From the NCBI RefSeq assembly GCF_001194135.2, contig NC_068983.1:115411891-115475890 (forward strand): DNA of 64,000 bases, written 5' to 3'. The stretch is from Octopus bimaculoides (taxonomy: Eukaryota). Under the pieces are notes generated by a model, which worked only from the letters and a program-made list of their open reading frames with translations, was not told the DNA's origin and made no database searches. A program made the translations under genes and the position numbers. The first letter of the stretch is position 1, and every line of letters starts with the position of its first letter. Positions 49,323 to 62,128 of the stretch are shown here, piece after piece.

Positions 49323-50004
49323 AACAACAAACAAGATGAGGACAAATATCCGTCAATTGTAAATAATGTACATAATCCCTCGTCTCTTAAATATAGAACT
49401 GAAATGTTTTCTTATTTAAAATATAACGCCCATCCCTATATAGAGAATGCCATGCATTTTTTAGTTTATGCAATAAGCAAATAGTACGATGCAGTAAAAA
49501 AATTGTTATATTGCTGGTTCTGTTAGATTTTTATCTTTATAAAAAAAACGTGGTATCAATGGATGACTACTTTGATTTCTTACGAAATGCTGGTTTATCT
49601 TTATAACACTTCAATGCTATCATTATAGATCTTTAATATTCACGTTTTGTTTTAACTTTCATGCTTAAATTATTTTCTGAAAATCGCTTTAAAGCAAGAA
49701 TTATTTCACTAAGACTTTTAGATAAGATCACAACTCTAGAAACCAGTTGTAGAGGAAACTTTTTACTAGCTTTTTAAAGTCTTCGTTGCGAGAGTCTTGT
49801 TATCGGCATGCAATAACATCATGAATATCGTCTGCATCAATTTCCTTAAATCCTATTAACTGTGCCATTTGTATAAGTTTTTTTTTTTATTCAAGTTATG
49901 ATGTAAGGCATTTTTAATATTCTCCACAAATGTATAATATTCTCATTATTTGCACAACGTGATTTAAAAAGATGATTCAAACGCTCGATTCATTGACGCC
50001 ACAA

Positions 50005-50050
50005 ACTCTGGAACACCGGTGTTTCGACATGTATCTCGTCAATCAGAAAT
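50005..50050 (-). ncRNA. Degenerate hammerhead-like relic
   Basis: CUGAUU GAC GAGAUACAU GUC GAAA CACCGGUG UU. Palindrome AACACCGGTGTT at 50012-50023; first core broken. Confidence 0.3.
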
Positions 50051-50756
50051 ACTCTGAATTTGAGATTTGTTTATAAATTCAGGGAACAAAACTATTTCCG
50101 GATCAGTGCTTATATTTGCCAAACGATAAATCGTTATTTTCACTTTATACAGAAGTGTTGTTCTCCCGTTACGTATACAACAATAAGAGGCATATTTGTA
50201 TTTCGACCTGCTGGAACGTATTATAAATATATATAAATGTAGTACTATAGAAATTTTTCATTAAATCTTTGACGAACTGAAGTTTATCGACAGTCGTTTT
50301 AAATCAAGTAAAGACTTCTAAGATAGTATGCCTTCAAGACAGAAATAACTCCTTGTTCATGTGGATCAAAGGGTTATTACATGGTCGGTAGCAGTAAAGT
50401 TGTGTTTGGTAGAATGAAAGTGTCTTCCATGGGTACTCACGTTTGGAGGGATGAGAGATTTCAAACATTGCCAAGAGCATTTTCGAAAAGCAGAAGTGCC
50501 TTCGGCTTGAAATTATTCTTTTCACTGAAGCGTTAGACAGCAAGACAGAAATGTTTTACGAACAATTCATATGCAAGCAACTCCTGTGTAATTTAAAATT
50601 TTATGTTAGGGTTTTTATATGGTAGGCAGAGAAGATTTGGTGACACTATACGTTGTTCTTGGAGTATCAGAATAACAGGCAATGGTACCTCACGGCGGTA
50701 CAAAACACGAAAGCACGTAGTTCACAACCAAACTTATTAACCAGACAGTTATTCTT

Positions 50757-50796
<40 letters not shown>

Positions 50797-51366
50797 NNNN
50801 NNNNNNNNNNNNNNNNNNNNNNNNNNNNNNNNNNNNNNNNNNNNNNNNNNNNNNNNNNNNNNNNNNNNNNNNNNNNNNNNNNNNNNNNNNNNNNNNNNNN
50901 NNNNNNNNNNNNNNNNNNNNNNNNNNNNNNNNNNNNNNNNNNNNNNNNNNNNNNNNNNNNNNNNNNNNNNNNNNNNNNNNNNNNNNNNNNNNNNNNNNNN
51001 NNNNNNNNNNNNNNNNNNNNNNNNNNNNNNNNNNNNNNNNNNNNNNNNNNNNNNNNNNNNNNNNNNNNNNNNNNNNNNNNNNNNNNNNNNNNNNNNNNNN
51101 NNNNNNNNNNNNNNNNNNNNNNNNNNNNNNNNNNNNNNNNNNNNNNNNNNNNNNNNNNNNNNNNNNNNNNNNNNNNNNNNNNNNNNNNNNNNNNNNNNNN
51201 NNNNNNNNNNNNNNNNNNNNNNNNNNNNNNNNNNNNNNNNNNNNNNNNNNNNNNNNNNNNNNNNNNNNNNNNNNNNNNNNNNNNNNNNNNNNNNNNNNNN
51301 NNNNNNNNNNNNNNNNNNNNNNNNNNNNNNNNNNNNNNNNNNNNNNNNNNNNNNNNNNNNNNNNNT

Positions 51367-51402
<36 letters not shown>

Positions 51403-51504
51403 TGCGTATAAATATTTGTATGTATATGTATATCTATATATATATATATTTTAAAGATTAGTAGAAGAGACAGAGTATAACACAAACCATTTATTAGCAC
51501 AACA

Positions 51505-52620
51505 ATGTAAGACCACCATTACTGTATCTCTCCAGTCCTCAGGTACAGATTCACTAACCTTTATCCTGCCAAACAAGGAGCGAAGTTGCTGCAGAAGTTT
51601 CTCACCACCATGTTGTAACAACTCTGTATGTGTGCCATCCATACCCGGAGACCTCCCATTATTCATCCTTGAGACAGCCACCGCAACTTCTTCCAGATTT
51701 GGTGGTTCTGCAAGAGCCGCCTTCACAGGTAGTTCAGGGATGAGATTGAGAACATCCTCACTAACTACAGACTGCTGATTTAAAAGTTCATCAAAGTGTT
51801 CTCGCCACCTTCGCAGAATTCCTTGTGAATCACGAAGAAGTTCTTTACCATCCCTGCTTCGAAGTCGTTCCATAAACCTCTCGCAAGAGACCATACAACA
51901 GCTTTGTGTTATTGGAATCCGACGCCGCCTGTATCTTACCAGCCTTCTTACTCCACCAGGTATCTCTCATCTGAGAGAGCCTCCACTTCACATGTGATTT
52001 CACATCCTTGAGTTTCCTATGCAACACTTCTCCCTCCTGTGGCTTTGCTGACAAATAGCGTGACAAAGTACGTCTTTTATCAACCAATAAATCATCTATA
52101 TGTTCATCATTTTCTTTAAACCACTCTTGATACTTTCTTTGTATCAATCCCAGAACTTCCTCCCTATATCATAAACTGACTTTTTAAGGGTCGGCCAATC
52201 TTCCCCAATGTCTGCAGCATTCATTTCCTCTCGTAAAATTATCTTCACACTATTACATCTAAGACGATCAACATTCAGTCATTTAGGCAGGGTAATACCT
52301 GCAGCCCGGATTTTATGATTAATTTTGTGATTAATTTCACTTTAGCACGTACTAGGCAGTGGTCAGTTTAACACTCAGCCTCACGAAGGACACGAACACA
52401 CTGCACATCTCGTCTGTCACGCACCCTAATAAGGATGTAATCCAGAATATGTCATTCTTTAGATGCAGGGTGCATCCATGCGGTCTTCAACTTATTCTTT
52501 TGTAACACACAGACGCAGCTCCTCACATATCTGCAGCAGAAGCATACCATTACTATTACACTTTCCCACCCCATACTTTCCAATTACAGTCCATGTGTTA
52601 AAATCCCCACCCACTAGCAT
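51505..52620 (-). mobile_element. RTE-clade LINE fragment (AP-endonuclease end to RT start)
   Basis: KCNSNGMLLL..WMHPASK..HILDYI..TDHCLV, then YQEWFKEND, WWSKKA, RWREHFDELLN, PPNLEEV, SPGMDG and VPEDWRD. Confidence 0.9.
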
Positions 52621-53539
52621 TAAACTCACCCAGTACTAACATATGCATACATACATACGTGCGTATATTGCTAGCATATGCACACATACATGCACACGTG
52701 TAAACATATCCTCACTTATTTAATAATTCACTGATTGTAATTATTATAATTGTTTATACAGTAGGTGTTATATTTTTATCTTTTATTATCTTCTAATTAT
52801 TTATGGCATTGTAATTTTTATATTCAATTTATGATTGCTATATATATATATATATATNNNNNNNNNNNNNNNNNNNNNNNNNNNNNNNNNNNNNNNNNNN
52901 NNNNNNNNNNNNNNNNTATATATTCGTTTTCTATTAAATATATTTACTCACTCCTATATTGATTTACATATAAAAATAACCATACAATATAATATAATCT
53001 CCACGTTGAGCTGTATTTGATATTCAAATAATGCTTTGTCCAAAAGTGTTATAAAGCAATCGATTAGCTGAATCGTTATTGCAGTTATCCTCGCTTATTG
53101 TTCTCTGAGTTCAAATCCCGACGAAATCAATTTTATCTTTCATCTCCTTGTGCTTGATAAATACTGTACAAATTAAACATAAGGGGTAATTTGTTGTCTT
53201 TCAGTCCCTTTCTTACTCTCCCAGAATCGGCTATGCTGTACAGTGAGAAGACAGTTGTTGACCACAAATAGTTGTCTCTTTCTCCAAGAAATGAAGGATA
53301 GTTGAGATACAGGTTAGCAACGTCTCATTTACTAGGCAATAAAATTATTCCAGTAAAAACTAATAGTACATAGTACATAGTAATAGTACATACGACGTGT
53401 TGTATGGTATGGAATACTTTTTAAACAAATTAATTTATTAAATACTAGGTTATACAGAAATTAATGTAAAATTGGGTTTAGATTGTTTAACTGGCGCATA
53501 TTAATAGAGTGACTCTTTAACTACAATATCTCTTCTTCT

Positions 53540-54570
53540 TCCTCTTCTTCATTTCAAACAAACAATGGGTTCCAAGCAGAAGCAATGTACCACCATTGAG
53601 TTCTTGACGAAAGACTACAAGTTGTCCGACATCTACAAAAATCAACAGGTTGTTTAAGAAGATGATACTATTAACAAAAGTAATATGCACTGGTTAGATG
53701 AAGAAGTTGAAAGAGGAAACTATCATTGAAGATAAACCACACAGTGAGAAACTGCTGCCGCTGATACTACTCGCCAGCGAGTGGACAAATTGACAGACGA
53801 CACAATCGGTGAATTTACTGTACAACTAGTCTGTGGTGACAATGCCCTAGAGAAGATAGTAGAGGACTCTGGGTAAGGAAAAGCGTGTGCAAAGCGGGTA
53901 TCACGGTAGCTGACACTTGATTTGAAAGAGAGAATGGTAGAAATCTGTTCTGATTTGCTGGAAGCATTTGAGGCCAATGATAACATGTATTTTTTTCCGA
54001 TCTGGTGACAGAAGATAAAACATGGGCGTATCCTTATAGTCCGGAAAATAAGGTTCAGACCATAGAATAGTGTTACGTCTTTTCTTCAAGGCTTAAGTTA
54101 AAGAGTAGTGATCGGCCCAGAAAGCCATGGTGACTGTTTTTTGTTTTGGTTTTTGCGGATTGGCGGAGTGTCAAGGGCTTCATTCCCCTTATTTTCTGGA
54201 AGGTGGTTCTATTGTGAAGAGAGAGTAGTGCATTAAGGCAGAGAAAGCGCTTAGAGAATCTATTGAAAAAGACTGAACAAGTATCTGAAAACGATTCACA
54301 TTCACCATAACAATGCACGGCTATATACACCTTTGGCAACAAATTTGACAATTGGCATATTGGGTTGATCAGAGGATCTGGAGTACTCCTACCATCTGTT
54401 CGGTACAATGAAGGACAGTCTTTGGAGACAACAATTTAAAAGGTGAAAGCGGCTGTGAAAAAGAATATACAACAGCACATCCTTGAATTTTTTCAAAGAA
54501 GATTCAAAACTTTCGTTGATTGATGGAGCAAACACATCACTTGTGATGGAGACTATATGAAGTATTAACG
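53540..54570 (+). mobile_element. Heavily decayed mariner transposase
   Basis: KQCTTIEFL.. N-terminus, HHNNAR at 54303-54320, and mariner-like C-terminus. Boundaries approximate. Confidence 0.6.
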
Positions 54571-55982
54571 TTGTATATATGGTGAGTTACTTTGCCAACA
54601 TTTGAATGACATGTTAGTTAAGAAAAAGCTACATCCACTTTTGCAATATGTTCAGTACAAACCTTGTATAAACGTTTATGTAGCACAAGGTTACATATTT
54701 GTAGTCGATTAAATCAATCATACCCTTAACATTATCGATTCTTCCCTCCATCAAATGTTTTTTTTAGTGTTAATACTGATTTCTAAATGATGCCCACACC
54801 AGAAGAGATATTTTGGAGCAGGGTTGTCATCTCCGGTAATTGAACGGTATTTATTTTACTCAGATTGATAGAAGGAAAGAAGTTATCTACAAAACGGAGA
54901 CTTCGCTCGAATGCTTGCAACAAAATAGACTCCCAAAAGGGCAATCAAAGTGCCAAGTAACAGTGTTAAGCAAGGCGATGAATTAACCCTGATATCGAAA
55001 TAGCCTAAATCAGGATTTGAACACGGAACACAAAAAACGGAAAAAATACCACTTGGCATCCGGTTCGTCGTTCATACACTTCCGCAATCCACCATTCTGG
55101 ATTGATAAAGGTTAGAAGTATAACTCGACAGAATACTCTAACAGCTCTACCAATTCGCCTCCATATTATCTGATATTAAACTATCATCCAGGGTTAAAGA
55201 AATGCTTTAATACACAAAGTATTTTAAAGAAGTTTAATGAGATTCAGCATGCAATTTAAGGAAATCCGTATGAGCATTCAATATCTTATTGATTAAATAT
55301 ATTCTGGTTTTACTTCATTATATTTTTGGTTCAGTTTTTCGCTCACTTCTTATGTCTTTCTATGGATTATTCTGAGTTGTTCTGAATTGATTTAAGATGT
55401 TCCTGTGCTGTTTGTTTCATGAAATATTTTGTTTTGTTTTTTTAATAAATTTTGTATTTTGCCCGCCTTGATTTTTCACACATATAGACAAAATTAGGTT
55501 CATGATATCTTTGCCATTTAGAGTAGAATATGTAATTTTGAGAAATTCACTACATTTAATATAGCATTCGCAGTATAGAAAATCTTTTAAATGTCTCGTT
55601 TACCAAAGCATGTGTAGATTAGTTCTCTTCTATCAATGTGTATGTCTATTTGTGTGATTTTAATACCACTACTTTAGAGTATTTCTCTGGAAAGATGTTT
55701 TTTGAAAGAATCTATAAATGTCTGTTGCTTAAAGGTCGTCAGTAAACAAAATGCAGGAGTGATAAATATCCAAGGAATTTAACATATTTATCTTATTTTC
55801 TAGTTCCCTGTGATAAAACTGAAGTGCCGTGAAGGCCTTTTCGGCAACTTCGAGCAATGATTGGACAGACTAAGTGAACAGTTCAATCTTCGTTCCAATC
55901 TACCGAAAAGGCTTTCATTAAACCAGACTTAACATTAAATACATGACTAAATACACAAGTCATATGGATTTGACTAAATATA

Positions 55983-57270
55983 TTTGGGTTGGCCAAAAAG
56001 TCCATTCGGTGTTTGTCGACTCTAAACTTCAGTAAAAAGTAGCTCACTTCAGTCTGTCCCTTACGCATATGCACTCCTTAGATACTTGACACTTCAACGT
56101 AGCCCGACACGAAATTCCAACAAGACAGGTTGTATTTTGTGTGTTTCAAATCATCCTGAAACTGGGGAACCAAAATGAACATTGTTGACTCTTCATGCTT
56201 TTTTTATTATAGAAAAGGAAAGAAAGCGGCGGAAGCCTGCAGGAAGATATGCACTGTGTACGAAAAGGATGGTGTTATGAAACGTATGTGCCAGAAGTAG
56301 TGGTTTTAAAGATGTCAATCGGGTAAGTTTTCAGCTGAAGCTGCACCTCGCCTCGCTCTGTCTGGCCTGTTGAGATTAATATCGACACCAACCCCGACTA
56401 TACGAACAGAATGATCGCAGATATTCACCAAATATCCAAATCGTATGTTTAAAACCATCTGTATCAACTTGTTTACATCAGCAGGCTCCATGTATGAGTC
56501 TCGCATCAATTGGATGAAGCTAAATTCACCCAACAGATCTGCGATTCGTCGCAGAAACGTGAAGAAAATTATCCATTTTTTTTTTATCTTGAAGAGATTG
56601 ATTACAGGAATGAGAAAGGAATCGTCTATAACAATGTGAAGCGTAAACGATCATTGGAAAGTACGGTGAATTATCACAAACAAGTGCCAAAGTGGGACTT
56701 CACTCGAAGAAGGCTATGATTTCGATTTGGTAGAATTGCAAGGGTGTTATCTTTTATGAGCTTCTTCCCACGGACAGGACCAACAATTCAGAGGTGTACT
56801 GTGATTAACTGGCCAAATTAAACGCAGCGGTCCACCAGAAGTGTCCCCACTTGCTAATTGTAAGGGTATTGTCTTTCATCACGACAATGCCAGACCACAC
56901 GCTTCTTTGCAGACGCAGCAGAAATTACTGCCGAATATGGAGGTAAATATGAAGGATGCGGAAGCAGTTTTGCCGTACCTTCCATATTCACCCAACCTTC
57001 ATACTTACAGGTTTTCCACCCGTTTCGGTCTCTTCAAAATTCATTGAATGGACCTTCAAGCCTAAAGAGGATGTAAATATTCCTCTGGAAGAGATTTTCA
57101 CCAGTAAAGACAAGAAATTGTTTGAGCAGGGAATAATGGATCTGCCCATTAGATGGGGGGAGTGGTATTGGAACGAAACAGCAACTATATCATTCATTGA
57201 ATAAATCGCTTTGTGTTTAAACTTTGTCTTATTTTCGCTTAAAAACAGAACGGATTTTTGGCTAACCCAA
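55983..57270 (+). mobile_element. mariner (mellifera-subfamily-like) with TIRs, decayed
   Basis: TIRs TTGGGTTGGCCAAAAAGTCCATTCG and CGGATTTTTGGCTAACCCAA|TA. Translation YRKGKKAAEA, FILKRLITG, IVYNNVKRKRS, KGIVFHHDNARPHASLQTQQKLL, LPYSP. Confidence 0.9.
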
Positions 57271-57424
57271 TATTTATTAATAGACGTGATTGTGTAGTAA
57301 AAAGTTCGATTCTCGACCGCATGGCTCTGGGTTCAATCCCACTGCTTGGCATTTTGGGCAANNNNNNNNNNACCTTGAGAGTGGGTTTAGAACTGAAAGA
57401 AACTTGTATATAAAAATTGGGTTT

Positions 57425-57738
57425 CGAGTAACTGGAACACTCTGCACGCAGTCCAGATCTCGTCACTTCCAGCCATCACCTCTTTTGACAGCTCAAAGTA
57501 TTCTTTACGAGATCGTTGTGTTTTGCTACGGACGAAGAAGCACAGGAAGCGGTACATAAATGGCTACGCAACCAGTCAAAAACCTTCTATGGGATAAACA
57601 AGCATGTGGGCCGCTGGAAGAAGTGCTTCGAAAAACAAGGAGACTATGTCAGAAAATGATATCATTATTCAACCCTTGCTCTCATTTTGATAAATTACAG
57701 AAACAAGAATGCGTATAATTTTTCACTTAGACTCGTAC
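57425..57738 (+). mobile_element. mariner 3'-terminal fragment
   Basis: RSPDL..HHLF..FATDEEAQEAVHKWL..RWKKCFEKQGDYV*, ending ..CTCG|TA. Confidence 0.75.
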
Positions 57739-58054
57739 ATAGACACACGACTACATATGTGCATATAAAATGCATACATACCTGCTACATACATACATAC
57801 TTACATGGTAGTTATAAACTAAAACGTTGGACACGTATACTTATTTTTCTCCAAAAGCTGAAAGCTATCAAGCATCGTAGCAATTTGGATATTATCATAT
57901 CCACTGTATATCGTGTGTGACAAAAGGACAAAGGAAAAAATGATGACTTTGTATACAAATAATATAAATAGAAAAGGAAAGAAATAGAAAAATAAATAAA
58001 AACTAAATGAAAGGAAGAGCAAAAGACTAAAAGGTATAATGGCTTCTGATTTAA

Positions 58055-58262
58055 GAACAAGGTAAACGATTAGTTGAGTACATCGACCGCTACATTTGTC
58101 TGTTACCTTATTCAATCGACCCTGAAAAATTGAAAGCCAAAGTTGACTTCGGTGGTATTTGAACTCAAAACGTGAAGCACCGGAACAAATACCGGAAGGC
58201 CGACTATTTTTTCTTTCTTCTTTTTTTCGACGCTTCAACGATTCTAGCAGCTCACCACCTTT
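58055..58262 (-). mobile_element. SINE family B, reverse
   Basis: AAAGTTGACTTCGGTGGTATTTGAACTCAAAACGT..AACGATTCTAGCAGCTCACCACC. Confidence 0.75.
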
Positions 58263-58867
58263 ATGGAAGGTATAATAACAGAGAATGCTGATACGAAAAC
58301 TTTCTCGTTCTTTGTTACTTTGTAGTCAATAGTTTTGTTCGTTTTCGTACATTTTCGGCAGTTGCGCTATTTCAGCATTTTTCACTAGATTTAGGAGCAT
58401 ATAAGCTATTATCTATGTGATACCTTATAATATAAGACTTAAAACAGAAGAAATTTTGCTATGGTATTAATGAAATATTGTGTTACAAATCATATGAAAT
58501 TATATTAAATCAGAATCTAAAAGATAAGAAATATTATAATCTTATCAAGAATTTTAAATATTATTTTTAAAATAAGATCAAAATATTTGAATATTGATGT
58601 TATTTGCATTGATAATGAATGTGATATGCAAACGTTGGCGGGGGTACACATAAATATGAATGCGTAACTAGTTTTGATCGAATAAATGCATGATTATTGT
58701 ATGAGTCTTTTGTCTCATTAAAATTATAATTACATTTATACAATAATTACCATTTTAACAATAATAACGCTAGTTTTACAGTTTTATTTCTATTCTTTCT
58801 TTAGTATTTGTATTGTGATTCAGACTTTTCTGCGAAGAAACATTCCCAATTTCATAAGTTACATATT

Positions 58868-59082
58868 GTTTTCAAATTTTAGTACAAGACCAGCTAGTTC
58901 GGTGGAGTAGAAAGTCGATTACATCGACCCCAGTATTCAACGGGTACTTATTTTATCGACCTCGAAAGGATGAAAAGCAAAGTCGACCTCGGCAAAATTT
59001 AAACTGTGAACGTAAAGACAGACGAAATGCCGCTAAGCATTTAACCCTGCGTGCTTATCGATTCTGCCAGCTCACCGTCTTA
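58868..59082 (-). mobile_element. SINE family B, reverse
   Basis: AGTCGATTACATCGACCCCAGT..GATTCTGCCAGCTCACCGTC. Confidence 0.85.
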
Positions 59083-59423
59083 GTTAAGTTACATATTGGA
59101 ATATGTGACATTTCTACATTGTTTAATAACTTCTCATTTTTGGCGAGAAACGAGTTATTATTATTGTTAAGATTGTTGTTGCTGCTGCTGCTGTTTTTGT
59201 TGCTGTTGCAGCTGCTACTGTTGTTTTTCGTTGTTGTTGCTTAATCCTAGGTCAGCTCTGGTCGAATAAATTTATTATCAAAGTTAATACAGCAGTGGCC
59301 ATCCTATCTTGAAAACCTAAATTACACTCAGTTGTAAGTTCTGTTTAAAGAGGGTACGAGAGGTGTGAAGGAGATTTGACTACTATTTCTAACAGACCAA
59401 GCATCCATATAGAAGCTTTATCG

Positions 59424-59497
59424 TTTGATCAAAAATTTTGATCAAAATTTTGATCAAAATTTTTGATAAAAGTTTTGATGAAATTTTTGATGCAAAT
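59424..59497. repeat. Tandem palindromic ~12-mer (TTTTGATCAAAA), ~6 degenerating copies
   Basis: TTTGATCAAAAATTTTGATCAAAATTTTGATCAAAATTTTTGATAAAAGTTTTGATG. Confidence 0.9.
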
Positions 59498-61965
59498 TAA
59501 CGGAAACTAACGGAAAGTAACGGAAACCAACGGAAAGTAACGGAAACTACCGGAAACTAACGGAAAGTAACAGAAACTCACTGAAAGTAACGGAAACTAG
59601 CGGAAAATAACGGGAACTAACGGAAACTAACAGAAAGTAGCGGAAAGTAACGGATACTACCGGAGATTAACGGAAACTAACGGAAAGTAACGGAAACTAA
59701 TGGAAAGTAACGGAAACTAAAGGAAAGTAACGGAAACTAACGGAAAGTAACGGAAACTAACGGAAACCAATGGAAAATAACGGAAACTAACGGAAATTAA
59801 TGAAAGTAGCGGAAAGTAGCGGAAACTAACGGAGAGTAACGGAAACTAACGGAAACTAGGGGAAAGTAACGGAAAATAACGGGAAAAAAACAGAAATTAA
59901 CGGAAAGTAACTGAAACTAACGGGAAGTAACGGAGACTAACGGAAAATAACGGGGACTAACGGAAAATAACGGAAACTAACGGAAACTAACGGGAAGTAA
60001 TGGAAACTAACGGAAAATAACGGCAAATAACGGAAAGTAACGGGAACTAACGGAAACTAACTTGAAGTAACAGAAACTAACATCAAGTAGCGGAAAATAA
60101 CGGAAACTAACGCAAAGTAACGGAGAGTAACGGAAAGTAACGAAAACTAACGGAAAGTAACGGAAACTAACGGAATCTAACGGAAAGTAGCGGAAACTAA
60201 CGGAGAGTAACGGAAACTAACGGTAATTAGTGGAAAGTAACGGAAACCAGCGAGACTAACAGGAAATAACGGGGACTAACGGAAAGTAACGGGAACTAAC
60301 AGAAAGTAAGGGAAAGTAACGCAAAGTAATGGAAACAAACCGAAACTAACGGAAAATTAATGGAAACTAACGAAAAGTTACGGAAAGTAACGGAAACTAA
60401 CGGAAACCAATGGAAACTAACTGAAACTAACGGAAACTGACGGAAACTAGCGGGAAGTAACGGAAAGTAACGAAAACTAACAAAAACTAGGGAAACTAAC
60501 GGGAACGAACGGAAAATAACGGAAACTAACGGAAACAAACGTGAAGTACGGAAACTAACGGAAACTAACGAAAAGTAACGAAAACTAACGGAAGCAAACG
60601 GAAACTAAAGGGAAGTAAGNNNNNNNNNNNNNNNNNNNNNNNNNNNNNNNNNNNNNNNNNNNNNNNNNNNNNNNNNNNNNNNNNNNNNNNNNNNNNNNNN
60701 NNNNNNNNNNNNNNNNNNNNNNNNNNNNNNNNNNNNNNNNNNNNNNNNNNNNNNNNNNNNNNNNNNNNNNNNNNNNNNNNNNNNNNNNNNNNNNNNNNNN
60801 NNNNNNNNNNNNNNNNNNNNNNNNNNNNNNNNNNNNNNNNNNNNNNNNNNNNNNNNNNNNNNNNNNNNNNNNNNNNNNNNNNNNNNNNNNNNNNNNNNNN
60901 NNNNNNNNNNNNNNNNNNNNNNNNNNNNNNNNNNNNNNNNNNNNNNNNNNNNNNNNNNNNNNNNNNNNNNNNNNNNNNGGGAAAGTAACGCAAAGTAATG
61001 GAAACAAACCGAAACTAACGGAAAATTAATGGAAACTAACGAAAAGTTACGGAAAGTAACGGAAACTAACGGAAAGTAATGAGAACTAACGGAAAATAAC
61101 GGAAAGTAACGGAAACCAACGGCAAGTAACGGAAACTAACGGAAAAAACGGAAGCTAACGGAAACTAACGGAAACTGACGGAACTTAACGGAAAGTAACG
61201 GTAAGTAACGGAGAGTAATGGAAACTAACGGAAAGTAATGGAGACTAACGGAGAATAACGGAAACTAAGGAAACTAGTGGAAAGTAACGGAAAATAAGGG
61301 AAACTTACGGAAAGTAAGGGAAATTAAAGTAAACCAACGGAAACTAACTGAAACTAAAGGAAACTAACGGGAAATAACGGAAAATAACGGAAGATAACGG
61401 CAAGTAACGGAAACTAACGAAAAGTAAGGGAAACTAACGGAAACTAACGAAAAGTAGCGGAAACTAACGGAGACTCTAGGAAACTAAAGGAAATATACGG
61501 AGACTAACGGGAAGTAACGGAAACCAACGGAAACTAACGGCAAGCGACGGAAACTAACGGAAACTAACGGTAAGTAACGGAAACTAACGGAAACCAACGA
61601 AAGGTAGCGGAAACTAACGGAAACTAACGGAAACTTACGGAAACTAACGGGAAGTAACGGAGACTAACGGAAACTAACGGAAAGTAACATAAACTAACGG
61701 AAAGTAACGGTAAGTAACGGGAACTAAGGAAAGTAACGGAAAATTTATGGAAACCAACGAAAAGTAACGGTAAGTAACGGAAACTAACGGAAACCAACGG
61801 AAAACCAATTGATACTAACGGAAACTACCGGAAACTAACGGAAAGTAACAGAAACTCACTGAAAGNNNNNNNNNNNNNNNNNNNNNNNNNNNNNNNNNNN
61901 NNNNNNNNNNNNNNNNNNNNNNNNNNNNNNNNNNNNNNNNNNNNNNNNNNNNNNNNNNNNNNNNN

Positions 61966-62128
61966 TGTGTGTATCTCCAACATCGCATGACACCTATGGT
62001 GGCGTGTTTACGTCCACGTAACTTAGCGGTTAGAATAAATACTAGGCTTACAAAGAATAAGTCCTAAGGTCGTTTTGCTCGACTAAAGGTGGTGTTCCAG
62101 CATGGCCACAGTCAAATGACTGAAACAA
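61966..62128 (+). mobile_element. SINE family A tail
   Basis: GTTTACGTCCACGTAACTTAGCGGTT..AAATGACTGAAACAA. Confidence 0.8.

Larger units (their letters stand above)
48576..49400 (+). mobile_element. Rearranged Penelope-like element insertion with 18-bp TSD
   Basis: GAAATGTTTTCTTATTTA at 48558-48575 and 49401-49418. RT on minus strand (WLRYVDDTF; YVDD at 48851-48862), GIY-YIG C-terminal-like region on plus strand (48921-49094), then the 3' repeat. Confidence 0.9.
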
